Assembly (NCBI GenBank): GCA_038245295.1
Contig: JBBRSP010000007.1
Location: forward strand, 32,001-96,000
Origin: Candidatus Binatia bacterium
GTDB taxonomy: Bacteria; Desulfobacterota; Binatia; HRBIN30
Direction of reading: 5' to 3'
DNA: 64,000 nt
Part shown: positions 1 through 8,181 of the stretch, one piece after another
Numbering within the stretch: the stretch's first letter is position 1
How the letters are laid out: each line of letters starts with the position of its first letter
The notes under the pieces: model-generated
What the model was told of the DNA's origin: nothing
What the model saw: the letters and a program-made list of their open reading frames with translations, nothing else
Database searches by the model: none
Program-made: the position numbers and the translations under genes

Positions 1-247
1 CTTCCGGCAAGCTCTCGAGGTCGGCGCGGTTGCTCAACGTCTCGAGCAGTGAGCGACGCTCGAGCAAGACACGCGCGCCGATCGGATCATTGCGGAAACG
101 GTTGAACTGCTTCTCCCCCGAATTGCCGGAGAGGGCATCGATGATGCGAAACACCTGGCCCGTGTCATCCGGATCTTTCAGCAGCACGCCCATGGCGCGC
201 AGGGCTTCCAGCGGACGAATACGGCGCTTGCGGGTGTTGGGCTCCAT
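1..247 (-). CDS. Coq4-family protein (5' part; runs off window start)
   Basis: Manual translation MEPNTRKRRIRPLEALRAMGVLLKDPDDTGQVFRIIDALSG...LLETLSNRADLESLPE matches the N-terminus of bacterial Coq4-like proteins; AAAGGT RBS upstream. Absent from the ORF track because the stop lies outside the window. Confidence 0.7.
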   Translation of the reverse strand, partial: MEPNTRKRRIRPLEALRAMGVLLKDPDDTGQVFRIIDALSGNSGEKQFNRFRNDPIGARVLLERRSLLETLSNRADLESLPE

Positions 248-279
248 CGCGATACCTTTCTTGTGGTAAGACCGAATTA

Positions 280-297
280 ACTGACAAGGATGTAAGT
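280..297. promoter_or_regulatory. Candidate TetR operator
   Basis: Imperfect inverted repeat ACTGACA-agga-TGTAAGT in the 55-bp gap between the divergent Coq4-like and TetR genes. Confidence 0.45.
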
Positions 298-302
298 AGG
301 AA

Positions 303-1022
303 ATGACCAAAGCTCAGTCAAGCGGGTCGGGGCGCCGCACCAAATCGGCCGCACCGCGGCGCCGACGATCGGCGGAGGACGCCAAGCGGGCGATTCTCGA
401 CGCCGCCGCGTCGCGTTTTGCCGCCGACGGGCCGGCCGGGATCCGCCTGCAGCAGATCGCCGCAGACGTTGGGGTGTCGCATCCGGCCGTACTGCATCAC
501 TTCGGTAGCCGCGAGGATCTGATGCGCGCGGTGATCGAGCGCGCCTTCGGCGCCTTGCGCGAGGAGCTACTGGCGGTCCTGACGACACCCGATCCGTCGG
601 CGATCGATGGGCCTGCGCTCATCGAACGTGTCTTCGAAACACTCGGCGGCCATGGCCAGGCACGTCTGATGGCTTGGCTGGCGTTGTCCGGCCATGCGGA
701 TGACACTCGTCGCCGCGACAACGGCGCCTTCTTCATCCGAGAGCTCGCGCAAGCCGTGCATACACAGCGCCGATCGGCATTTGTCGGCAGCGGCCGGCGC
801 ACACCGCCATTCGAGGATTCATTGTTCGCCATCCTGCTGACGACACTCGCTCTGATCGGCGACGCACTCCTCGGCGAACCGGCGCGCGCCAGTTGCGGGC
901 TTGAAGATCCGGATGCCGGGCGCCGCTTTCGCAAGTGGTTTGCCGAGATGCTCGTCGCCTACCTCGCCAGCGATCCCTTCCCGAACGCCAAGCCGCGAAA
1001 ACGTCGCCCGCGCCGATCGTAG
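303..1022 (+). CDS. TetR/AcrR family regulator
   Basis: N-terminal HTH AILDAAASRFAADG...IAADVGVSHPAVLHHFGSREDL. Confidence 0.9.
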   Translation: MTKAQSSGSGRRTKSAAPRRRRSAEDAKRAILDAAASRFAADGPAGIRLQQIAADVGVSHPAVLHHFGSREDLMRAVIERAFGALREELLAVLTTPDPSAIDGPALIERVFETLGGHGQARLMAWLALSGHADDTRRRDNGAFFIRELAQAVHTQRRSAFVGSGRRTPPFEDSLFAILLTTLALIGDALLGEPARASCGLEDPDAGRRFRKWFAEMLVAYLASDPFPNAKPRKRRPRRS

Positions 1023-1326
1023 GTGCGGTTCGCGACCGCCCGGCGAGGAATCGGCAGCCGGCGGGATTGGAGTCGACCTCTCCGGCGGATGTGGAGTAGG
1101 CTCGCCGTCGTCCAAGACAACCATCGCGGAGGTACCATCGCGCCACCGCTGAAATCAGTTTGAGGTCCCTGAACTGGGTTCGGAGTACCGGGTGCAGGGT
1201 TGGATCGAACAACCGGCGGGGGCCGTTATGCGGTCACCGGGGCAGGCCACGCACCTGGGGGACCTGCCGCAGGCGGGGCTAGCCCGCAAGACCTCCAACT
1301 TGATTCCGAGAGGCCCATCTGGGCGT

Positions 1327-1342
1327 CGGCACGGTCATTGCT
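1327..1342 (+). promoter_or_regulatory. Putative sigma54 (-24/-12) promoter
   Basis: CGGCACG-GTCA-TTGCT, about 50 bp upstream of ATG 1391. Confidence 0.55.
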
Positions 1343-1390
1343 CTTGTCATCCTGCGTTGCCGACAGCGGCACGGAAAGAAGGGCAGGAAC

Positions 1391-2368
1391 ATGCGCCACT
1401 CGGAACAACTCCTCAAATCAATCGTCTCGACAGCAGCATATACGTTGTTTGCCATCGCACTCGCCTGCAGTCTGGCTAGCGCCAAGGAAAAGGTGAAGAC
1501 CGACCTCATGCCGGGGACTGATGCCGACGCCCAGGGCCAGGTGCGCGTCATGGTACGCAGCGCCACGGACGGACGGTTCGAACTGCGGGTCCGCAACCTC
1601 GACCCCAACTCGACCTTCGACGTTCTGGTCAGTGGTGTCAAAGTCGGCACCGTTACCACGAGCGGCAAGGGTGCCGGCAATAGCCGCTTCCGCTCGCGGC
1701 CGCACGGCCACGACCAGCTTCTCGGCTTCGACCCGCGCGGCACCACGGTCGCCTTACAGAATGCCGCCGGCGACGAGGTCCTCCGGGGTATGGTACCGGC
1801 CGGCACGACGAGCGGCCTGAGCAACGGCAAGATCGCCTGCTGCATCCCCGACGATAGCGGCACCGAATGCGACGACCGCACACCGGACGAATGCACCGCC
1901 CGCGGTGGCAGCCCATCGACCGCGTCGACGTGTCTGCCGAACCCGTGTGGGGCGACCACGCCAAGCCTCGATACGAAGGTTGTCTGCTGTATCCCCGACG
2001 ACGGCGCGCCCGAGTGCGAAGATCGCACCGCCGACCAGTGCGCGGCGCGCGGTGGCATTGTCGTCACGGCCACCAGCTGCACCCCAAACCCATGCGTCGC
2101 ATCAGCCGACGCCTCACCGACCCCGGAGATCGAGCCCTCGCCGACGGCGACCCCAACGCCAGCGACTCCAGGTTCGGTGACGGGAAGTGCGGTCGAAACC
2201 CCGTCGCCGACGCCAGCACCTACCGCGGCTGTCGGTGAAACCGTCGACAAGCACGGCTGCGGCCTCACCGGCGGCAACACGAGCGGCGGCGGCGAAGCCT
2301 CCTCGGGTGGTGGCTCCGGCGGCGGTGGTGGTCGCGCCCCGCGTCCCGGCTACTACGGCGCACCGTGA
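1391..2368 (+). CDS. Secreted protein with two Cys-rich repeats and a Pro/Thr/Gly-rich tail
   Basis: Signal peptide; two about 41-aa repeats CCIPDD..ECxDRTxDxCxARGG...CxPNPC; PT linker. Confidence 0.75.
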   Translation: MRHSEQLLKSIVSTAAYTLFAIALACSLASAKEKVKTDLMPGTDADAQGQVRVMVRSATDGRFELRVRNLDPNSTFDVLVSGVKVGTVTTSGKGAGNSRFRSRPHGHDQLLGFDPRGTTVALQNAAGDEVLRGMVPAGTTSGLSNGKIACCIPDDSGTECDDRTPDECTARGGSPSTASTCLPNPCGATTPSLDTKVVCCIPDDGAPECEDRTADQCAARGGIVVTATSCTPNPCVASADASPTPEIEPSPTATPTPATPGSVTGSAVETPSPTPAPTAAVGETVDKHGCGLTGGNTSGGGEASSGGGSGGGGGRAPRPGYYGAP

Positions 2369-2393
2369 CCTGATCTGCCACTCAACGATCTTT

Positions 2394-2436
2394 GAACGCC
2401 CCTTCTGTGACCACACAGAGGGGGCGTTCGTTATTT
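2394..2436. terminator. Intrinsic terminator hairpin between convergent genes
   Basis: GAACGCCCCTTCTGTG-acca-CACAGAGGGGGCGTTC followed by GTTATTT. Confidence 0.7.
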
Positions 2437-2478
2437 GAGGAACCTATCGATAAACGCTGAAGCGTGAACCGCCGGTAA

Positions 2479-3294
2479 TCACTCCACGGTGACCGCACCA
2501 TCTTCGATGATGATGTCGTAGTGGTACCCGAAGCCGAGATCTTTGTCGGCCGTCAGCTTGCCGCGCACCAGCACCATCTTGCCGACAGCGGCCTCAACGC
2601 TCGTGGAGACCGTCAAATCGTTGTTGGGAGCATTGCCGCTGCCGTCCTGGACGTGCAGCCAGTTCTTCTCCATCACACCCGCGGTGTACTTGACGACGCG
2701 ACCGCGCACGGCAACGTCTTTCCCAACGAGGTCTGCTTTCTTCGCATACAGCTCAGCCACGGTCTGGCCGCCGTCGGCTTTCTTGATGTTTGTCAGATCC
2801 ACCTCGGCCGGCTTCGGACCGCCGACCCCATGCGCCGCAGCGCCCGAGTGCGCCGCCATGCCGGCCTCCAGGCCACCTTTCGCGGCGCCATGCGCCGAGG
2901 CTGCGCCAATATTGGCCGGCTTAGCACCAGCCACCTCAATCGCTGAGACGAAATAGACGACATCGAAGGTCCGCCCCAACGTCTTGCTTTGGAAGCCGCG
3001 CATCGCCATGCCACTCGGTACCGTCACCTTGTCCCCGACGGCAACCGTCGTCTGCGGCCCTGCCGCCCAGACCTTCTTCGAACCGTCATCGATCAAAACG
3101 TAGCTGTATTGGCCGGCGTTCATCGCCTCGGCGACTGTGCCGGTGATGCTCGGCGTATTCTCCGAGCCACCGCCCGCATCAGCGGCCGGCGCCGGGGCTT
3201 GTGCCTTGGCGGGTTGGACGTTCGCAGAAAACGCGAGCGCCAAAATCGTTGCGACGGTACACGCGCACGACAGAAGTGGATGTTTCACGATCAT
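2479..3294 (-). CDS. Exported protein with two OB-fold-like domains
   Basis: Signal peptide; GTVAEAMNAGQYSYVLI...VWAAGP and VAVRGRVVK..GVMEKNWLHVQDGSG...DKDLGFGYHY, a conserved deltaproteobacterial hypothetical family. Confidence 0.7.
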   Translation of the reverse strand: MIVKHPLLSCACTVATILALAFSANVQPAKAQAPAPAADAGGGSENTPSITGTVAEAMNAGQYSYVLIDDGSKKVWAAGPQTTVAVGDKVTVPSGMAMRGFQSKTLGRTFDVVYFVSAIEVAGAKPANIGAASAHGAAKGGLEAGMAAHSGAAAHGVGGPKPAEVDLTNIKKADGGQTVAELYAKKADLVGKDVAVRGRVVKYTAGVMEKNWLHVQDGSGNAPNNDLTVSTSVEAAVGKMVLVRGKLTADKDLGFGYHYDIIIEDGAVTVE

Positions 3295-3418
3295 TCCTCC
3301 AGGTTAGGATCGGCGATTGCCCGTTTGGGCTACTTTTGGGTCGTACCTCATCCGCAACCGGGCGAGAAGGGGGCAGGGTTTCCCATTTGCCCCTCGCCTC
3401 TGCTAGAGCAAGGGGCGC

Positions 3419-3847
3419 ATGCGGCGCCGTCTTCCCTACCCTCTGGTTTGCGCGCTCATGGGTCTCGTCCTCGGCTGGGCTCCGAAGCTGGTGCACGGGC
3501 CGATCCCGGAAAAATACAACCTGCACTACATCCAGGGCGCCATCGCCGTGTGGGCCTGGTACAACGCGCGAATGCTGGTCGGCTTTCTGGTCGGCATCAC
3601 CGCCTGGCCGTCGCGCTGGTACCTGCGCGGGCCCTTGTGCGGACTGATCATGCTGTTCCCGCTCGGCTTCATGTCGCTGGCGACACCCGAGTGTGGCCTG
3701 CCCTGCATGTTCTACAACTGCACGACGGCGTCGCTCGTCGGTCTTACCATTGGCGGCCTCGCCTATCTCTTGACCGGCCGCCATCACCTCTACGATGAGC
3801 CGCGTCCCGCGGCGCCGCAGTCGGTGGCCGATGCCCCCGGAGTCTAA
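3419..3847 (+). CDS. Small integral membrane protein
   Basis: About four hydrophobic segments; 3' end overlaps the cyclase start, suggesting translational coupling. Confidence 0.65.
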   Translation: MRRRLPYPLVCALMGLVLGWAPKLVHGPIPEKYNLHYIQGAIAVWAWYNARMLVGFLVGITAWPSRWYLRGPLCGLIMLFPLGFMSLATPECGLPCMFYNCTTASLVGLTIGGLAYLLTGRHHLYDEPRPAAPQSVADAPGV

Positions 3848-6800
3848 GAGCGCCACCGAAGAGCGCCGCATCGCGACCGTCATGTTCGCTGACATCTCGG
3901 GGTTCACGGCGCTCTCCGAGAAACTCGACCCCGAAGAAGTCACCACGGTCATGAACGGTGCGTTCATCCGCCTGGAGAGTGTCGTCTTCGCCCACGGCGG
4001 CATCGTTGATGAATACCTCGGCGACTGCGTCAAAGCGGTCTTCGGCTTCTCACCCGATATCCAGAACCCCACCTTCCATGCCGTCGAAGCCGCACTCGAG
4101 CTGCGCCAGACACTCTACCAGTACAATATCGACGCCTCGTTGCCGCTACCACTCGACATCCACATCGGCCTGACAACCGGCCCGGTCACCGCGATGATCG
4201 TCGGCGATGAAAACAAGTCCGACTTTTCCGTCTTCGGCGACACGGTGCGGCTCGCCAGCCGATTGGAGGACGTCTCCGATCGCGGCGACATCTTCGTCGG
4301 CCCCGGGACCTTCGCCGCCACCGCCGACGACTTCGAGTTCAAGCCCCGTGATCCAGTCACCTTGCGCCCGTATCCGGAGCCGTTTGCCGTCTACGAGCTG
4401 GTCGGTAAACGCAGCAGCGAGCGTGTCGTGCGCGACAGTGAGCGGCGGCAGGCGAGTGTTTTATTCGCCGAGCTGGTCGGCGTCGATGCTCTCGTCGACA
4501 CCTTCAGCGAGGCCGATCTCACCGAGTTGCTCGGCGAGCTCCTGCACCGCATGGCGCGCTCGGTCAGCTCGTTCGGCGGCTGCGTCGACAAGTATCTCGG
4601 CGAGGGCATCATGGCGCTGTTCGGCGTGCCCAACGCCATCGAGCGGGCGCCGCAACAAGCCATCAACTGCGCCATCGACCTGCGCCACGCCGTCGCCACC
4701 TTCGAACGCGAGCGCAATCTGCCGAGTCCGCTGGCCCTGCACATCGGCGTCAACACGGGACTGTGCATCGCCGGAGAAATCGGCGGGCGCGTCAAGCGCG
4801 ACTTCACCGTCATGGGCGACACGGTCAACCTTGCCGCCCGTCTGAAGGAAGCGGCGCACGGCGGCGACATCTACATCGGCCCCGAAACCTACCGCTATGT
4901 GCGCGGTGAGTTCGAGTTCACACCCACCGAGCCGCTCAAGCTCAAAGGCAAAGCGCAGCCTGTTCCGGCCTACCGTGTGCTCTCCGAGCGCGTCCAGATT
5001 CATCGACAATCGAGCAGCGATGATCGCCGCCTGTTCTCGCCGCTGGTCGGCCGCGACGCCGAGATAGCCCAGATTCGCGACGGCGCTGTCGGCCTGCGAC
5101 GCGGTCACGGCTCCATCCTGGCCGTGATCGCCGAAGCCGGCATCGGCAAGTCGCGCCTGCTCAGCGACGCGTTGCAACCGCAACGCGATGACGGCCAGGT
5201 CATCCTCGCCCGCTCGTTGGCAATCGGCCGCACGATGAGCTTCCACCCCTTCGTCGACCTGCTGCGCCACTGGTGCGGCGTCGGCGAGGAAACCGCCGGA
5301 GCCGAGATCCTTACAAAGCTGGCGCACAGCATGCAGCGTGTGCTCGGCCCGGACAGCGACGACGCGTTGCCGTTCATCGGCCGCCTCATGGGCTTGCCCC
5401 TCAGTCCGGAATCGAGCCAGCGCATGATCGGCATCGACGGCGAAGCCCTCGAGCACTTGATCACCAAACACCTGCGCGACCTGCTTGCCGCCATCGGCCA
5501 ACACGCGCCTCGCGTGCTGGTGTTCGAGGATCTGCATTGGGCCGATCGATCGTCGCTGCGCCTGCTCGAAGAGATCGTACCGCTGGCGCGTGACGTGCCG
5601 CTCCTGTTCGTCCTGGCGACCCGTCCAATCGCCAGCGAAACCAGCGAGCCATTGCTGGCCAACCTGCGAAAGTCCTGCGCCGAGTATTACAGTGAGGTTC
5701 GCCTGGCCCCCCTCGGCAGCAGCGACGCCGAGGCCCTGGTTGCCAATCTCCTGCGCCTCGACGAGATACCAGCCAAACTGCGCGAGGTCGTCACCGGACG
5801 CACCGGCGGCAACCCGTTCTACATCGAAGAAGTGCTGCGCGCCCTGGTCGATCAGGGGGCGATTGAATTTGCGGATGATGCGTATCGAGTGACGCCGAGC
5901 ATCGATACCGTCGCGCTGCCGGGGACGATCCACGAAGTCATCATGAGTCGCGTCGATCGCCTCGACGAACCGGCGCGCCAGGTATTGCGTGTTGCCTCGG
6001 TGATCGGGCGGCAATTTCCGCAACAGGTGCTGGCGCGCGTCGTGCCGCGCGGTAGCCAACTGCAAGTCGACATTGCCACACTGCTCGAACGCCAGCTCAT
6101 CGAGCCGCGGCTGGATGAATGGAGCGTCCCTGTCGGCACCCAAACCTCGAGCCGCGAGCTCGAGTATCTGTTCCGTCACGCGCTGGCCCAAGAGGCCGTG
6201 TATCAGTCGATCCTGCTGCGCAGCCGCAAGGAGCTGCATCAGCAAGTGGCGGTGGCCATCGAACAATCGTTCGCGTCCGACCTGTCGAAGCACTTCTCAC
6301 CAATTGCGCATCACTATCGCCAAGCCGAGCAGTGGGAGCCGGCCGAAGCGTATCTCGTCAAGGCCGGCGTCGTTGCCGCGGCAGCCGCCGCGTCGAGTGA
6401 GGCGTTGGTGTTGTTCAACGACGCCCTCGAGCTCTACAACCGCCTGCACGGCGATGGTGGCGGCGATGCGCGCCACCGCGCCTTGATCGAGAAACACATC
6501 GGCCTCGGACTGCTCAACACCGGCCAGATTCCGGAGAGCATCCCGCATTTCGACGTCGCCTCCGGGCTGCTCGGTGATCCGGCGGGCGACAAGAGCATCC
6601 GCTCCTATGTGCGCGTCGCCGGCGACTTCGCTGCTCTACTCCGTCAACTCTACTTGAGCCGCGGCCACCGGCGCGCCCCAGCCGACATCGAACGCGAGCT
6701 CGAGTGGAGCGACATCCTGTTCAACCGGGCGCGTGCCGAGATCACCAGCGATCCGACCAGATTGTTCCTCGACAACATCAGTGCGCTGCGACGCTTCAAC

Positions 6801-7820
6801 GAGCTCGAGCTGCAGCACTTCGACCAGGCTTGTACGATCTTCGCCTCCGGAGCCGGCCTCTTCTACTACTCCGGCCTGTCGTTCCGCATCGGCAAGCGCA
6901 TCCTCGGGGTCGCCGCCAAGATGGTTCGGCCGGGCAACGTGCGCGACGAATTTCCGTATCGTTCGATGGCGTTCATCGCCGCATATCTCACCGGCGAGTG
7001 GAAGACCGCCGCGACAGTGCCGACGCAACTGGTCGCCGATGCCCTGCGCAGCGGGCAATTCTGGGACGCCAACACGTACATCGGCTTGTACTGCGACATG
7101 TTGCTGCGTCAGGGCCAGTTCGCCGCCGCCGAGCATCAGTTGCAGCAGCTCCAGGAGCTACGCGACGACTATCGCTTTCAGTTTGCCGGAACGAACCACG
7201 ATGGCATGCGCGCCATCTGGTTGATCGAAAGACGCGAGATCGAGGCGGGTATTACCGCCGCCGAGCACTACGCCGATGGCCGCACCGAGGAGCCACTGCA
7301 GGCCTTGTCCTTTGGCACGTTGGCCAAAGCGCTGCTGCTGGGCGGCCGAATCAGCGACGCGGAGCAGGTGTTGGGGCGGGTCGCGACCTTGTCCCGACCC
7401 GGGGAAATCCCGCCTTGGCACATGAGCGCCGTCGCCGCGGCGCGCCTGCGCCTGCATCTCACACAACTGCGCACCGAGCCTGGCAACGGCACTCTACAAC
7501 GTCAGGCCCGTCGCAGTGCGCGGCAGGGGCTGGCGATTACCAATCGCGTGGCAGTGCAGCGCACCGAGATTTTCCGACTGGCCGGCGAGACCCGCTGGTT
7601 GTGCGGTCAAACACGTAAGGCCAAACAGCTCTTCGAGAGGGCGGTGGCCGTCAGCGCCCAACTGGATTGCCAGCCGGAGCTGGCGCGCACCTACGCGGCG
7701 GCTGCCGAGCTGCTGGCGGGTACGAATGACAAGCTCAACGGCCTCAGCCCGACCGAGTGCGGCGCGCGAGCGCAGCAACTGTTCTCCGAGCTCGGCATCG
7801 CCGCTGACGCGCCGCGGTAG
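3831..7820 (+). CDS. Tandem class III adenylate/guanylate cyclase domains + STAND (AAA) NTPase + helical/TPR-like region
   Basis: Cyclase motifs FADISGFT...GD...GDTVRLASRLE and FAELVG...DKYLGE...GDTVNLAARL; Walker A AEAGIGKS; Walker B LVFEDLHWAD; GGNPFYIEE; YLFRHAL. Start could be 3795 or 3831. Confidence 0.9.
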   Translation: MPPESKSATEERRIATVMFADISGFTALSEKLDPEEVTTVMNGAFIRLESVVFAHGGIVDEYLGDCVKAVFGFSPDIQNPTFHAVEAALELRQTLYQYNIDASLPLPLDIHIGLTTGPVTAMIVGDENKSDFSVFGDTVRLASRLEDVSDRGDIFVGPGTFAATADDFEFKPRDPVTLRPYPEPFAVYELVGKRSSERVVRDSERRQASVLFAELVGVDALVDTFSEADLTELLGELLHRMARSVSSFGGCVDKYLGEGIMALFGVPNAIERAPQQAINCAIDLRHAVATFERERNLPSPLALHIGVNTGLCIAGEIGGRVKRDFTVMGDTVNLAARLKEAAHGGDIYIGPETYRYVRGEFEFTPTEPLKLKGKAQPVPAYRVLSERVQIHRQSSSDDRRLFSPLVGRDAEIAQIRDGAVGLRRGHGSILAVIAEAGIGKSRLLSDALQPQRDDGQVILARSLAIGRTMSFHPFVDLLRHWCGVGEETAGAEILTKLAHSMQRVLGPDSDDALPFIGRLMGLPLSPESSQRMIGIDGEALEHLITKHLRDLLAAIGQHAPRVLVFEDLHWADRSSLRLLEEIVPLARDVPLLFVLATRPIASETSEPLLANLRKSCAEYYSEVRLAPLGSSDAEALVANLLRLDEIPAKLREVVTGRTGGNPFYIEEVLRALVDQGAIEFADDAYRVTPSIDTVALPGTIHEVIMSRVDRLDEPARQVLRVASVIGRQFPQQVLARVVPRGSQLQVDIATLLERQLIEPRLDEWSVPVGTQTSSRELEYLFRHALAQEAVYQSILLRSRKELHQQVAVAIEQSFASDLSKHFSPIAHHYRQAEQWEPAEAYLVKAGVVAAAAAASSEALVLFNDALELYNRLHGDGGGDARHRALIEKHIGLGLLNTGQIPESIPHFDVASGLLGDPAGDKSIRSYVRVAGDFAALLRQLYLSRGHRRAPADIERELEWSDILFNRARAEITSDPTRLFLDNISALRRFNELELQHFDQACTIFASGAGLFYYSGLSFRIGKRILGVAAKMVRPGNVRDEFPYRSMAFIAAYLTGEWKTAATVPTQLVADALRSGQFWDANTYIGLYCDMLLRQGQFAAAEHQLQQLQELRDDYRFQFAGTNHDGMRAIWLIERREIEAGITAAEHYADGRTEEPLQALSFGTLAKALLLGGRISDAEQVLGRVATLSRPGEIPPWHMSAVAAARLRLHLTQLRTEPGNGTLQRQARRSARQGLAITNRVAVQRTEIFRLAGETRWLCGQTRKAKQLFERAVAVSAQLDCQPELARTYAAAAELLAGTNDKLNGLSPTECGARAQQLFSELGIAADAPR

Positions 7821-7857
7821 GACCGCCGGCCTTCGGTGAAGAGCGTCGGGGTGAGGG

Positions 7858-8068
7858 GGCTTTACGGCAATTCAGATGCGAGGCCTTCGAGACGCCGCCA
7901 AACATCCTTCGAGACGGCACCAGAAGAAGGTGCCTCTCTTCAGGAGGCGGCTCCTCAGGCCGAACGGTTACATGGTTGAGTTCTAAGCTTAATTTCCGTT
8001 CGCCCTGAGGAGGCCGCATCTTTTCAGCGGCCCTCTCGAAGGGCATTCTCGAATTGTCGTGCAAAGCC
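7858..8068. mobile_element. MITE-B copy 1 (IS5/IS903-like ends)
   Basis: TIRs GGCTTTACGGCAATTC / GAATTGTCGTGCAAAGCC; 9-bp direct repeat GGGTGAGGG at 7849-7857 and 8069-8077. Confidence 0.75.
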
Positions 8069-8103
8069 GGGTGAGGGCGCCCGACGGAGGTTCCGGATGA
8101 TCC

Positions 8104-8161
8104 CAACCCTCACCCTAACCCTCTCCCAGATGTTGCGAATCCGGCCGAGCTGGGAGAGGGA
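8104..8161. repeat. REP-like CCCTCACCC/CCCTCTCCC...GGGAGAGGG palindromic repeat
   Basis: CAACCCTCACCCTAACCCTCTCCCAGATG...GAGCTGGGAGAGGGA; similar copy at about 29997-30054, related copies at 15451, 29380 and 35451. Confidence 0.75.
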
Positions 8162-8181
8162 ATGCTCGCAGTATCCTCCCA

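Noticed and set aside
1042..1320. Long GC-rich intergenic region as a riboswitch
   Set aside because: Only short stems are visible and no riboswitch consensus is recognisable; it would need an Rfam scan.
7820..8180. Repeat clusters here and at 29356-30056 as CRISPR arrays or tRNA/ncRNA
   Set aside because: No regularly spaced identical repeats with unique spacers, no cas genes and no cloverleaf; MITEs and REP-like repeats explain them.
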